NCBI GenBank assembly: GCA_022813965.1
Contig: JALDZS010000124.1
Location: forward strand, 1-64,000
DNA from: Toensbergia leucococca
Taxonomy: Eukaryota
Direction of reading: 5' to 3'
DNA length: 64,000 nucleotides
The position numbers and the translations under genes are program-made. Under the pieces are notes generated by a model. It was not told where the DNA came from. It worked only from the letters and a program-made list of their open reading frames with translations, and ran no database searches. Below are positions 35,606 to 47,600 of this stretch, piece by piece (the stretch's first letter is position 1; each line of letters begins with the position of its first letter).

Positions 35606-38121
35606 CTAATCATCTTTCCAACCACTCTGCCTACTCCCCAGGACAAAGTACAAAAGCGCCACCACACAGACAACCATCTCAATAAAAATGGCCCCAATCC
35701 AAACCCCACTCGCCGCATCTTTCAGCTCTGCCGCGCTCTTGAAGATCATCACCCATCCTTTTGCGCCAGCCGTCACGGAATTAGCGAGGCACCAGCAGTT
35801 GTTGAAAAGGCCGATATATTCTGCCATGCTGAAGAGAATGATCCATAGAGCGTTGATGAAGGCGATACTTTTGCCTGTGATACGGAGGATGATGATGAGA
35901 GGGATGCGGAATTGGTGGCTTGGCTTAGAAGTGCATTTTTGAGAAGATTTCTCCTGATTTTGGTACCTGACGTATATAAGTATGTGTTCTGGAGATGGGA
36001 GTACTGCAAGGGTTGACAGTGGGAGATCCTGACTTACATGCACGGGAGATTGCGGGCGAGATATACAGATAGGAACAGTAGGAGCCATGAGACAGTACCA
36101 AGGACGCCGTAGATCAGGAATGCTCCGGACCTACACCCAAGACCTACTGTTGGAGTGAGATCTGTGCTTTCATTAGAAAGCTATGCCACATTTCCGGTAG
36201 GATGCGAGAATTCAGTACACGCGATCAGTATGGCAGGACCTGTGGTTCCCCACTGGACCCAAATTGCCACCAACATAGCAATGATAACTCTGGTCCAAAC
36301 CCCTGACATCATCTCCCCATCGCGATCCGCAAAGTTGCCAATCGATTCATCCAGTCCACAATATCTGGCAAGCTGCTCCTTATTTCCTTTCAATGCATAA
36401 ACAATGTTGTTATCCCATGGCTCGCTGTTGACAGTTTCTTTATTCTGCAGCCTCCGCAATGAAGCGTTGAAGGCTTTGTAAATGGTCAAAGCGAAGATTG
36501 GCGTGCTCAACCACCGTGCATAGTTATAGATAGGACCTTCTTCCTTCTCGTCGCCCCGAATATCCCATAGGCCCCATTTAGTGCGGTTGAATTGCGAAAG
36601 GATCTTTGCTGGAGCCTGGGGGATACCTCCATTAGGGGTGAAATCTTGTAAGCTACTTTCAATTCTCGGCCCTGGGTTAGCTGGCTCGACGGTCAGATGC
36701 CGGTCTGGAAATATTCTCGAGTGTGTAAGAATCCCTCTTTGCTTCTTTTTTGTCAGCCTAAAAGGACTTAAGCCATCTGATTCGGTGCTATTGTCTTCAG
36801 AACGAAAGGATCCATGAACACCAGCTCTGGGGACATTAGATCCAGAAAGTGCACGATAAGCGTAATGATACTCGAGAGCGGTATCAACAGATCCCGAACA
36901 GGTTTGGGTTTTCACTGGCACAGTGTAAGCCGAAAGCACTTAGTAGAATTGACGGGTTGCTTCTGAATACCTGCGATCCATCCCATAATCACTGGAAGCA
37001 TCCAAACCCATACAGTCCCTGCAGACATATCCAGAGCCGTCTCAGTACCTCCAAGGTCAACTTTGAAAGCATTGACAATGGTAAAAATGTAGGCGATGAA
37101 TGCCACTAAAAGTTGAGCAACAAGAGAAGGCGTTATCCCCCTCCGGGTGTTTCTCAAGTCTCTTCTCACACGTTTCCACCAATCATCGTTCTGAAGCAAA
37201 ATTATGAGGCTACTAAGCCACGCATCTTCTTGTGAAGCTCGTAGCGATACTTGTTGACCTCCTTGAGCTAATGTCCTGGCAGCCAAGAGTTTATGGTGAA
37301 GTATTGACGTAGCACCGGGAATCTCTTTGCTGAGAGTATAGAGTTTCTCAAACAATTGTCGTATCCAGCGGCGATTCTGTATTGTCAAAGCCAGGTTGTA
37401 TGTTGTATGAGCGGGGCTTCCAATGCTCATTACTAGACTCAACATTGTTCCAAGTACCCCTATTCTCAAATGGGAGCTGAGCAGCCAATGCGAGCCATGG
37501 GAGTAGCCAGTTGGTGAACGAAGCAGAGAACCAGTCAAAACCCTGCAAACAATGTTAGATGTTTTGGGGGTCGAGAAAAGTAAATGCTAAAGTAGAAGAT
37601 CTGAATGCAGAAGTGCTTGAGGCCTGCACGTTCGTGTCTTGAAAATCTTCAGTTTCACAGACAATTTCGCACTTTCCAACCAGAATAACATAATCACAGT
37701 AAAGGAATCTGATCATCATTACAGAGGAGGGAGGCCTTTTATTCTGAGAGTATGTGATTTTCCAAATGTAATGGATGACGTTACATACCTGAACAATGAC
37801 CTTTGAACTACAGATTTCGAGACAAGTATCTCGCTAGGAGCCACACGGTCAGTATATAATCTATACAGCGAAAAGAGGGCTTACCGTAATACCCCAAGCC
37901 TCAGCCTGGTCTTGCACCGGTTGGCCGTTCTTACCAACCAGGCCTTTGCTTCCGGCTAATTCGTAGTATTTTTTTACGCAAACAGTCTCGAATGCTGTAC
38001 TATCTTGGGCAGATGTGGCGTTCGTGGAGTCATTACTTGCACTTGTAGCGTTATTTTGGGCAGACGTAGTTTTCGTGAAAGCAACAGCTAAGATTGTAAG
38101 CAATAGTAAAGTAGATCTCAT
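35606..38121 (-). pseudogene. Multi-pass membrane protein of unknown function; apparent frameshift near 37435
   Basis: Signal peptide MRSTLLLLTILAVAF, spliced to FTNWLLPWLALAAQLPF. Continuation SIGSPAHTTYNLALT is in another frame. Further TM segments WMLPVIMGW, QWGTTGPAILIA and FNNCWC. Confidence 0.6.
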
Positions 38122-38979
38122 GACTACAATAGGAAATAATGAGCAAAGCACAGGCTGTTACGAGGAGCTCTATCACAGATAAACTCTGCCGTAACGAAAG
38201 AAAGCCCTGAAAGCTTTGCGGCACAAGAAATGTTTGAAAAGGCCGAAAAAGATAATGAGCTTATGTGAAGAGTTTATATGCTTTAAAAAACAGCGGGATA
38301 TGATCAAACTGCGTTGGAAACCAACGGAGATAATTCATTAAGAAGGTGCCTTGTAGACAGCCTCGAGATGGTGAGCAGCCTCATTCCATGTGTACCGTCA
38401 TATGATCGACAAGGGCAAGAATATATATTGCGGCATTTCTGCTCGAAACCTGCTTTGGTTGGTGCACCTTGTAGATGCTCAACTTATCCTGTGGGAGATT
38501 CGGCATATCGCCACCATGTTATAAGATAAATGTCCCGCATATGTGGCAGTGTAATAAATAATTGCTCTGGATCGCCATTAAGGTAGCACCCGAAAAACCC
38601 CACAGCCAATCTAGTGATCGGCTGAAGTTCTCTCATCTTTGGTGTGTGTGGGTGTCGGGACAAGGCTGAGTTGATCTCTAGAACTTGTTATTCTAGGCGA
38701 GACAGCCAACAAAAGCCTGAAGCTCCATTATTGCCTCCATAGCCCCAGTCAAACAGAAAATGTCCGAGGCGTGCATCTAGCCATGGAATGATTCGTTCGG
38801 TACATGTCCTGATCGAACATGTAGAACGGGACATATCGCAATACCCACAAGAAATGAAACACAAGCCGAGCCTTGGGGCATTTCCATGTCGTCCAAGTGG
38901 GCGAGTATATGGTTCAGCCTTATCGAGAGCAATTCCAATCGGGTTGAACTTGCCCTTGACACAATGAAAATCTGTGCTT

Positions 38980-39721
38980 TTACTGCTTTTCATTCTGCGC
39001 ATAAAAGAAGTTTGCCCCCACAACCTTCAAGCCCATCTCATCAGCCCATCGCTGCACACCTGTCCGTTTCTTACCATAGCCCCAGTGCTGCCTTTCTCCT
39101 GGCGCTGTAATGTTTCTCGTCTCTCCTGATAAAAGTACAAAAACGTATCTGTGCTTTCCAGTCTTTGGAGGCGGAGCAGGCGGTGCGTAAGGGATTAGTT
39201 CGCTAGCCCCTACTTCAGTACGAGTGAGAGTAAAGTCGGACGTCCTGAATGAGTTCGTTGTGATGTTGGAGATGATCCAATGGCACATTTCGCTCCACTT
39301 CGGATTGTAACGGGACTTCGCATCAGGGTCGGTAAGAATGAGTGTGTATGTGACATTGTTTGTAGGGCGGAAGTCAATTATAGGGCGTGAAGCGACAGCA
39401 GACACGGGAATTTCGTTGCCTAGGAAGACCTTTTCGTGGGAGGAGTTGTATGAAAGGGAAATGGTCACTTCGGGAGTGAAATCATCGAGAACCTCGGAAA
39501 TAATGGAACTTGAGACGAGACTTCCCATGAAAGACTGTTAGTTCACATACGAAAGCAATGGTATAGAGGAGAACAGACGCATCGTGCACAATTGACGGGG
39601 CGTCATTGAGACTCGGACTGATGATTTTCTGGTCACTTTCCAAAGAGATGGCTTTAATGAGGCTTGAAAGGCAGAGTAGCGTTGTGACAAGCCAAGAGAA
39701 CAGCATCATGTTGTGAGGCAT
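38980..39721 (-). CDS. PEBP family (phosphatidylethanolamine-binding / carboxypeptidase Y inhibitor-like) protein with N-terminal hydrophobic signal
   Basis: YTLILTDPDAKSR, WSEMCHW, PPPKTGKHRYVFVL and VGANFF motifs. One intron joins IVHDA to LVSSSIISEVLDDF. Confidence 0.9.
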
Positions 39722-40458
39722 GGTAGAGAACAATGAGAAGACGGCGTGGTCAAAGAAACCAAGTCTTGTAGAAGGTGAGTTCCCCGCAATTGGATCGTGC
39801 AATCCCTATGCATGAATGGTGAAGTAGATTTCACCATACGTCACCTGACCTGCATCTTACATGTGTTCGTCTCATAAGAGTGATTTGTGTGTTGTTTCAT
39901 CTGATGACAATTATGAAAAGTGATGCGAGGCGTTGTTGAGAGCATCGAGACCGTCTTGATTGCCATTCATGGTGTTGGAGTGGAACTTTGAAACCTAGAA
40001 AATGATTGACCAAAAGCAGTGTCGCGTGTCTCTTTTCTTCCATGAATCCAAACATTCGCAACATTTGACAGGAAATCCTGCAATCCTCCAATTATCTAAC
40101 TAATTTTTTCACTGTGACACTCTTCTGTACATGAAAAAAGCCGAGGATTATCTCCAAAGGGCTAATTCTCTTTTTCAATCTCGTATCAAGCATATTAATT
40201 ATGGACATGGTCTGATGAGCTTCCAGCGGCGTCTTTGAAATTTCTCTGCAATATTCCAGCAATCAACTATTCTATTAACAGTCTCCTAACCCAAATACAA
40301 ATGGGTATCTATAAGCAATACAAGCAAAGATATCGTACATCCAAGCTCAGTCATTGAAAAGTATCTTCATCCCCTTTCCAACCATTATGTATCGAGATCT
40401 AGTTCTATTTCCTGCATTGCATTTTTCTTCATTGAAGGAGACAGCTTCACAGAACAAA

Positions 40459-41421
40459 TTAATTGATCCATACCGCAAAAGCCAAAAGCGCGCCCATCAC
40501 CATTGTCGTATCGCCTGAAAGAGTTGTCGCGCCACCCGTTGATGCTGCGGAAGCGCTTGCTGTGCTGCTTGTCTTTGAAGACGTTGCCGTGCTCATCGAC
40601 GATGATCCGGTAGACGATGAACTCGATTTTGAAGTTACGTCTGAAGACTTTGTCGATGTTCCCGATGAAGTGTTGGTCTCCGTCGAAGCCGCAGCCTCGG
40701 TCGTACTAGCAGTGTCTGTCGTAGTAGCAGTGTCGGTTGTACTAGCAGTGCCTATCGAACCAGTAGTCTCAGTGGGAGTCACAGTCTCTGTTGAACTTGC
40801 AGTTCCCGACAATGTTGTCTCGGACATACTTGTAGTGGATGACATGGATGCAGATGACGAAAACGTTGAGCTGCTCGAGCTTTCGGTCGTAGAGGAAGCC
40901 GACGAAGAGGAGGCGGACGAAGAGGAGGCGGATGAAGTGGAGGCGGACGAAGAGGAGGAAGAACTAGTATTAGGCTGTGCTCCCTTGATCGCGAATTGAC
41001 TAGTATCGGTGGATACACCGCCTTGGGTTATCTCGAGGGAGTAGTCCCCGTCTGTCAGGGCTTGTGAGGGTGTCCATTGAAAGGTGGAAGCGTCGGCATT
41101 GCCTATTGATAGGGCATTCGAATTAGAAGAAGACAACTGAGAATGAGGCGAGAAGTGACCTACGCTGGAGAATGGTGGTGACATTTGCGCCATTTTGTAC
41201 TAGGGTTATGGTGATTGTCTATGTTGGAGCCCAGGTTAGACGTCGAGGTAGCAAAGGTAGGCAAGGGGGAAAATTACGGATACGCCATCTCCTCCATTCC
41301 AGGAGATGGTGGTTGGACTATCAGCTGTAGCGCCGTTGCTGGGATAACTTGTGATCGCAATGTTACTGGCTAGGGTGGTAAAGAGCAGGGTGAAGCCTGT
41401 GAGAAGGGTGTAGAAACGCAT
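40459..41421 (-). CDS. Ser/Thr-rich GPI-anchored cell-wall protein (Kre9/Knh1-like N-terminal domain)
   Basis: Signal MRFYTLLTGFTLLFTTLA; TISW..FQWTP..GDYSLEI; long Ser/Thr stalk; hydrophobic C-terminus. Confidence 0.85.
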
Positions 41422-43541
41422 TGTGAATAACGAGTGTGGTCTTTTGGAAATGAGTGAAAACTGGATTATTGTGAAAGAAAGAATGGAAGTCAATGGAAAT
41501 GATGGAAATGATGGAAATGAGGTGGGCAATGAGGCCCATTATTTACTTTCCAATTCACCTCAATCTCCCTTCTCTTAGCCGTTACGCGACCGCGTCCCTA
41601 CTTTAGCGTAGCCCCTATCTACGGAGGCGCTCGGACCACACAGAACGGGAACGGGAAAGGGAAAGATGCGAAACGTGAAGATACACACTTTTGCCCCTTT
41701 TTCTCCATGTGTTTCCTTATTTAGATTTGGAGAGAGGAAAACAAGTCTCATTCTACTCGTTACCAAGATATGATTAATACCTCTACCTTATTAAATCTTC
41801 ATACTTACATGAACTCGCACTGAAGAGTTAGTGCCACAGCATCGTCGCCGTTGCCTAGTTTTGCCGCCGTCCACAGCTTATCTGCAGCTAAAGTTCAGCT
41901 AATTAAACCTCTCGAGGTCGTACAACGCTTCATCATCTGTGAGTCTGCTGAAGGTGTTGATTCAGCCGTCTAAAAGCCACAGTGCTTTACGGAGGACGAG
42001 GGGATTTGGAATATGCAACGACGTCGGCTGGTGGGTACAAGCCTCAATTTTCTGAGACTAGTCTTATCTGGCCATGTTGGATTCCAGCTGCGGCAATATA
42101 TCTGCATGTTCCAATCACTCAGCAGGTGACGCAAACAGACAGCTGTTGTGTCACCTAGGTAGGTTTTTAACTGCCACCCTTGCCGCCGCATCTAGTCTAC
42201 ATGACCTTTCTGTCCGCGGAGTACTACTGGTGACCCAGTAATTGTCACCTTGCCTGTGCAGATCAATTTTCTACACCATCATACTCGGTTTGCTTCCGAC
42301 GTTTTTCTACCTGTTTTCTCTTTCATTTCCTCCCGTGTATCTTTCTTTGCCCCATTGTCAACCATGGCACCAAAATGGGATACTTATGGCACTAATACCC
42401 TGTGAACGACTGTTGATCCGCCTCTGAAAATCACAATATTTGAGCAGCAGAAGACATTCTCAGGGGATCTTGGTACCCAAGGACTTGTTTCGGTCAGTCG
42501 AGTCGAGCTACTGGCTCTAGCTAAGGATGATATTCGCGATGTCTTGTTCAAGGCCATAGGAGCTTAGTTGAAGGAAAGCAGAAACACACTTTGCCAACTG
42601 ATAAACGTAGTAGCAAAAAGGATTGGTCTCCGTCACAACACTGCTCCAAATGCACCCGAACCAAACATGACCGAAAAGAAGTGCTACCAGGGTAGATATC
42701 TCCGCTATTCCTTCATGGAGGGGTCCGCTGCTTTGTAATGTCGTTTCTCTTCGCAATGTCATTCAAGATGTCAAGTCATCTTACGCTATTGCGTGTGTGG
42801 AACGCACGGTCCACAGTCTGGGAGGTGACCAGTAAACTTTCGGCCATCATAGGTAGATGATGCTTCGTTGTCTCTTTTCTTCCTGCCGCTATCCTCAACC
42901 TCCTTGTGGTATATCTACCTCTAGTACCCGCCTCAAGATGCATGTTACTCCGCTATCACTCCACTATCTCAATTTTTTCCTTTTTAATTCACCAGCAATA
43001 GCGAAGGCGGAACTATGCGGTAGCTCTAGGCGTTATTCGACTCATCCTCGGGGTACGACGTCAGAACTAAATCTCTACTCGCTGCCGTAGAAAAGATGGC
43101 TACGTTTGTTCCCTGCCGGGTTCACTGCTGTTTGTATCTCTGGCATTTGTGCCCACATCTAGCTTTCGTGGACAGCGAATAAGGTGAACGACACCATGCA
43201 CTATGTCTAGCCACTCGTTCTCCTGAGGTATCCTCTCCCTCGAGTGGCAAAGACGGCTGCGATCACTCCAAACAGAAGTCACAGCAATTCTTTATAGTGG
43301 ATCACAGGATGTTTAACCTCTATATATGAAGGGAAAATTCATGTATCTGCTTCTTAGTTCCTTGAAGAGTATCTACACCTGGAAGTGGAGGAAATTGAAA
43401 GCAAGCAACCATACAATCAATTCTACTTCCAAGTCGACTGTGTACATCCAAGGTATCTCAATATTTAGAAACAAAGCATACGCCAAGCCGAATCATTCAC
43501 GCTTCCAATCTCTCCTCGATACTCCGTAGTCTTTCCAACCT

Positions 43542-44771
43542 CTAAATGTTCAAGTCCTTCTCTGGGTCCTCGTTGAAAGATTCGAGGGCTTTCAACATTT
43601 CCTCGTAAAGCTTGGCTATGTTCTCGGCCACATTCTCCTTACCTTTGTCCTTCAATTTGACGGTAGTATACCTCATCTCTGGCTCATGGTCCTCTAGCCA
43701 GGTCTGCATAGCTTCGATCTCCCAGATTGGCTCCTTTGCTGGAGGTGCCTTTTCTTTGCTAGGGAAAGGGGTCTCCTTCAACTGTTTCTTCATCATCTTG
43801 ATCGCGGCCGCGCTACTTGACTTCAGCTCGTCTGTCAATAGCTCCCCATGATCCGACCCCGAAATGCCCGACAGAGCGGTCCAGTGTTCTTGCACCCATT
43901 TCGCCACAATCACGTGTATGGCCATCCTAAAGCTATGGGCTTGATCCTTGTCCTCAGGTCCTTCTGCCAATTCGATCAGATTTTTCATGAACATTCCTGG
44001 CACAGTAGGACAGATAGATACTCCATCGTCATTGGGCTCAACTTGCCATTTTCCTCCAAGAGGATGATGGTCCTTTGTCGACACAAATGGCTTGATGAAC
44101 AGCAGATCTTTGGCGAAATCGTAGGCGACGACCCAGCCTTCCGTTACTCCAATTTCGAAATTTTGGCCTTTATTGATCATGTTTACCAGCATCATCACAG
44201 GATGCTGGGTCTTTATCTTCGACTGCCCGGAAAGGGCGCTTAACAAATCTCGCTGTTCTTCCTGGTTCACTAGGCCCATCAAGTAATCTATCTGGTCGGG
44301 GTTTAGCCATGGGGTCGCTATAGGCCTAGTGGCACGCTCCGTGATCAATGCGTCGTGCTCCTTGACCCACTCATTGTGTTCGCGAATCTCCTGGTCATCG
44401 GTTAAGTCCAACGCATCTATGGCTAGCTGGAATTTTTTCTTCAGCTCCACCATCTTGATATCTTCTTCCTGGAGAGGAAGCTCCTTGGCTCTAACGTTGT
44501 AGATTTCCTCTTTGTGGTTTGGGTCGTTTTCATCGACATCTGCATAGATTAGAGTGCCCCAACGACCAAAGGCATAACAGCCTCTGCCGGTTCCAGCTCC
44601 GGACACGATGTCGTAATAGGTGGTGCGTTGTGGGTGATGATCGAGGGTGTCTTGATCAGAAATACAAGCTCGAATATCACAGGTAAATGCACCTGCAACG
44701 GCGTAATCTTCCACGCTTAGATCGAATTCCGAATCTGGAACGAACCATCGAATTGCAGTTGAGGACGACAT
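43542..44771 (-). CDS. Hypothetical protein, 409 aa, intronless
   Basis: Long ORF with protein-like composition and an upstream TATA-like element (tataaat on the minus strand near 44915-44921). No family recognised. Confidence 0.7.
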   Translation of the reverse strand: MSSSTAIRWFVPDSEFDLSVEDYAVAGAFTCDIRACISDQDTLDHHPQRTTYYDIVSGAGTGRGCYAFGRWGTLIYADVDENDPNHKEEIYNVRAKELPLQEEDIKMVELKKKFQLAIDALDLTDDQEIREHNEWVKEHDALITERATRPIATPWLNPDQIDYLMGLVNQEEQRDLLSALSGQSKIKTQHPVMMLVNMINKGQNFEIGVTEGWVVAYDFAKDLLFIKPFVSTKDHHPLGGKWQVEPNDDGVSICPTVPGMFMKNLIELAEGPEDKDQAHSFRMAIHVIVAKWVQEHWTALSGISGSDHGELLTDELKSSSAAAIKMMKKQLKETPFPSKEKAPPAKEPIWEIEAMQTWLEDHEPEMRYTTVKLKDKGKENVAENIAKLYEEMLKALESFNEDPEKDLNI

Positions 44772-45879
44772 ATCTGAGTATTAAGAATGTCGGTAAGCTT
44801 TGGTATTGATAATAAAAGAAGATATTGAAGTTTCAAGGTGTTGGGTAGAAGGTCTTGATTTCGAATGTGAGTACTGAGGAAGAAGAAGAAGATCTCGCTG
44901 GGAAAGTACTGTGTATTTATACTTGGTCAACAGTCACATTTGCTAACAGTGAAGAGAATTGACTAATATGTTCGGTCATTGACACCGCAAAGACTCACAA
45001 AAACCCACGAATATAGGAGTTCAAGAATAATGAATTATAGGTGAAGAAGAAAAACGTGAGCATTGACGAAGTACTGCGTGGTAAAACGGTGACCAATAGT
45101 CTCTTGATTAGAAAATAATATTTTATTATTCTATGTGGCCCCTGAGCCCCTGTAGAGAGGGAATTGTGGGTCTATCTGCTAATCCTTCAAGTGAGTCCCA
45201 TAAGATTGAAAGTACGACCTCCCATCCAATCCCTCGAATGGTCCCCCATAGTTCCCAGGCAAATCGCGCGCCGCATCATCGAAGATTCCTACATTGCTTT
45301 CGGGAGCAGATTCCGTACCACGTACCAAGTCTACCGCGATTGTGTCCGAATCTATGATGCCTCCCTTCTGTACGCCGTCTTCCACGACTATGTCCAAATT
45401 CAAGATGACCGCCAAAGACCGGGCTCGAAAACCCGTCTCCTATGGTCGTTTTCAGATGTATAATGGCAGTCAATCATAGAACGCGCTTCAATGCCCAGCA
45501 TGTCTTCCTGAATGCTCTTGGCCAACGTCTTCAGACCGGTATGTGGGAACATATTCATAGTACTGAAAACGCATCAGCGCCCTTCGTCCACGCGCTTCCG
45601 AGTGTTCGGCAAACTTCACGCTTGACCTTGAACGGTGCTGCCAGTTTTAGTAGCAGTAGCGATGGTGAGCGCGTCAGTTGTGATACTGAAGAGAGATGAG
45701 TTGCTTTTACTGCTGCTGCTATGAGTACTAATAAAAAGCAACATCCATTGTTCATTTTTGTATCAACAAATCACATCCAACAGCTTCGAACGCCGGCTTC
45801 CTCCCAGAAGCTCCTATCAAGATTTCTATAACTCTAGAGCCTTTGATGCAGACATCTTCATCTCCCTTCCTTTTATTCA

Positions 45880-47600
45880 ACGTAGCGCAAAGTTGAAGCA
45901 GAACAATCATGACTTCAAGTCAGTCTAATGCTTATTGATGAAACTGAAAATCATTGTTGTTATCAGTGAAATCAGATCATTCTTCAACATTCAACTCATT
46001 TAACGCATTCATCAATGACATCAAGCATCATCAGAATTAAATCTTATCTCTGATATGATTCAAAAGTTTAAGAATATCCCATCATCTGTCACTCAGGAGG
46101 TCTAATTAGCGTACTCACATAATAAGGGTGTTCTATTGATCAGATCATGATTTCTATTCAAATAAGTATCTCTCTCAGTGTCATTTATTGAAACAAAGCG
46201 TTTCTTCACAGGGAGAAGTATCTTGTACATTGCAGTCAGAGGCCTGAAGGCTCTGCCATTTAAATCAAGCTAAATTCTATTCAAAATTCATTGTTTTCAT
46301 GACTCAGACCTTTATGTGCGCTTACAAGGTGCGAGATGACTTAGAAAAGGCATGAGAGTAAGTATATGAAAGGGCAGAAAAATCCTCTGCATCTGAGCAT
46401 TAATTGTATACCTGATGAAGGTTATATTCAGGCTGATCAAGTTAATATTTACTCTAATACAACTCTGTATCTAAATGTAAATACATGTTAAGTCACTCTA
46501 AGCAAGGTAAATATTAACTAAGACTGAGTGACAGATTATGAGATAAAATAAGTCTTTTAGAATGTTAGTGATAATGTCTCTTTTTCTTCCTTGAAAAGGT
46601 ATTCTGAAGTTGCTGCATTATCACTTAAGATTAAATTTAATGCTGTAAAGAGTGATTTAACTTAAGTTATTCTGAGTTGACCTTTTAGAAAGTGATGACA
46701 GATAACAAGTTCTGACAAGCTTAAAGAACACCTTTACTCACACTTAAATCAAATATTCAGAGATGTATGTAATGGCTTGTAATATTTTTATGTCTTATTT
46801 TAATAGAAGAATTTACCCCTTAACTGATTAAACCCCTCTATCAGTTAACTCTATAGAGCTGATTAATCAAATTTTTGCTATTATCTTTATGAACTCTATT
46901 ATTATTCAAATATTATCTTATTTTTACTCTCATACATGACTATAATTACTACCTTTATGTATTATTTAATTGCAACAATCTATTAATTTTACTGTATTGA
47001 TTTAGTACCTTCTATACCTTCTAACTCTTCTTTTTAGTCTTCTTATTAATCTTCACTCAGATCTTCTTATCAGTCTTCTTCTGAGCCTTCTGTAGATCTA
47101 ATTCTAAAACCTTTATTCTGAGTACTATGACTAGCTGAGACTAAGAAACACATTATGTCTTCTGAATAAGAATATTTTAAATAATAGACTCAAAAACAGT
47201 CAGGGTGAGTAAAGCTGATCTTATTATACTTATTCTAAGAAACTCAGTATTCAACTTCTTTTCTTGAGCCTTAATAACTCTTTTTCTTAATGCACCTTCA
47301 GTTCTGTAACACACTCACTTCATTTAAACACTCTGACTAAAAGCTACTCTGACTGTGTAACACTTACTCACTCCTTACAAGCATTGATGTTGATGTACAT
47401 TGCACCCTCAGCTCTTTTTACAATTCTGTGTGATAAATAGCAGTTGATATCACTCAAGTAATTAAGGCAAGACATCAGGAATCTGATAGTTGAATCAATT
47501 AATATAGCCTCAATTTCAGACTGAGATATCATGAATCAGATCTTTCAGTATCACCCTGTCAGTCAGATTCTTACAAGATTAGACCTCAGAGGGGTTTTTT
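45880..47600. repeat. AT-rich degraded repeat/TE relic
   Basis: No ORF of 60 aa or more across about 2 kb; very low GC; CpG and CCA/TGG depleted. Confidence 0.65.

Noticed and set aside
40463..40999. 178-aa Val/Asp/Glu-rich plus-strand ORF
   Set aside because: Antisense shadow of the Ser/Thr-rich GPI protein.
45133..45760. Cluster of short ORFs next to the AT-rich relic
   Set aside because: Non-ATG starts or no recognisable motifs; may be a gene fragment but cannot be assigned.
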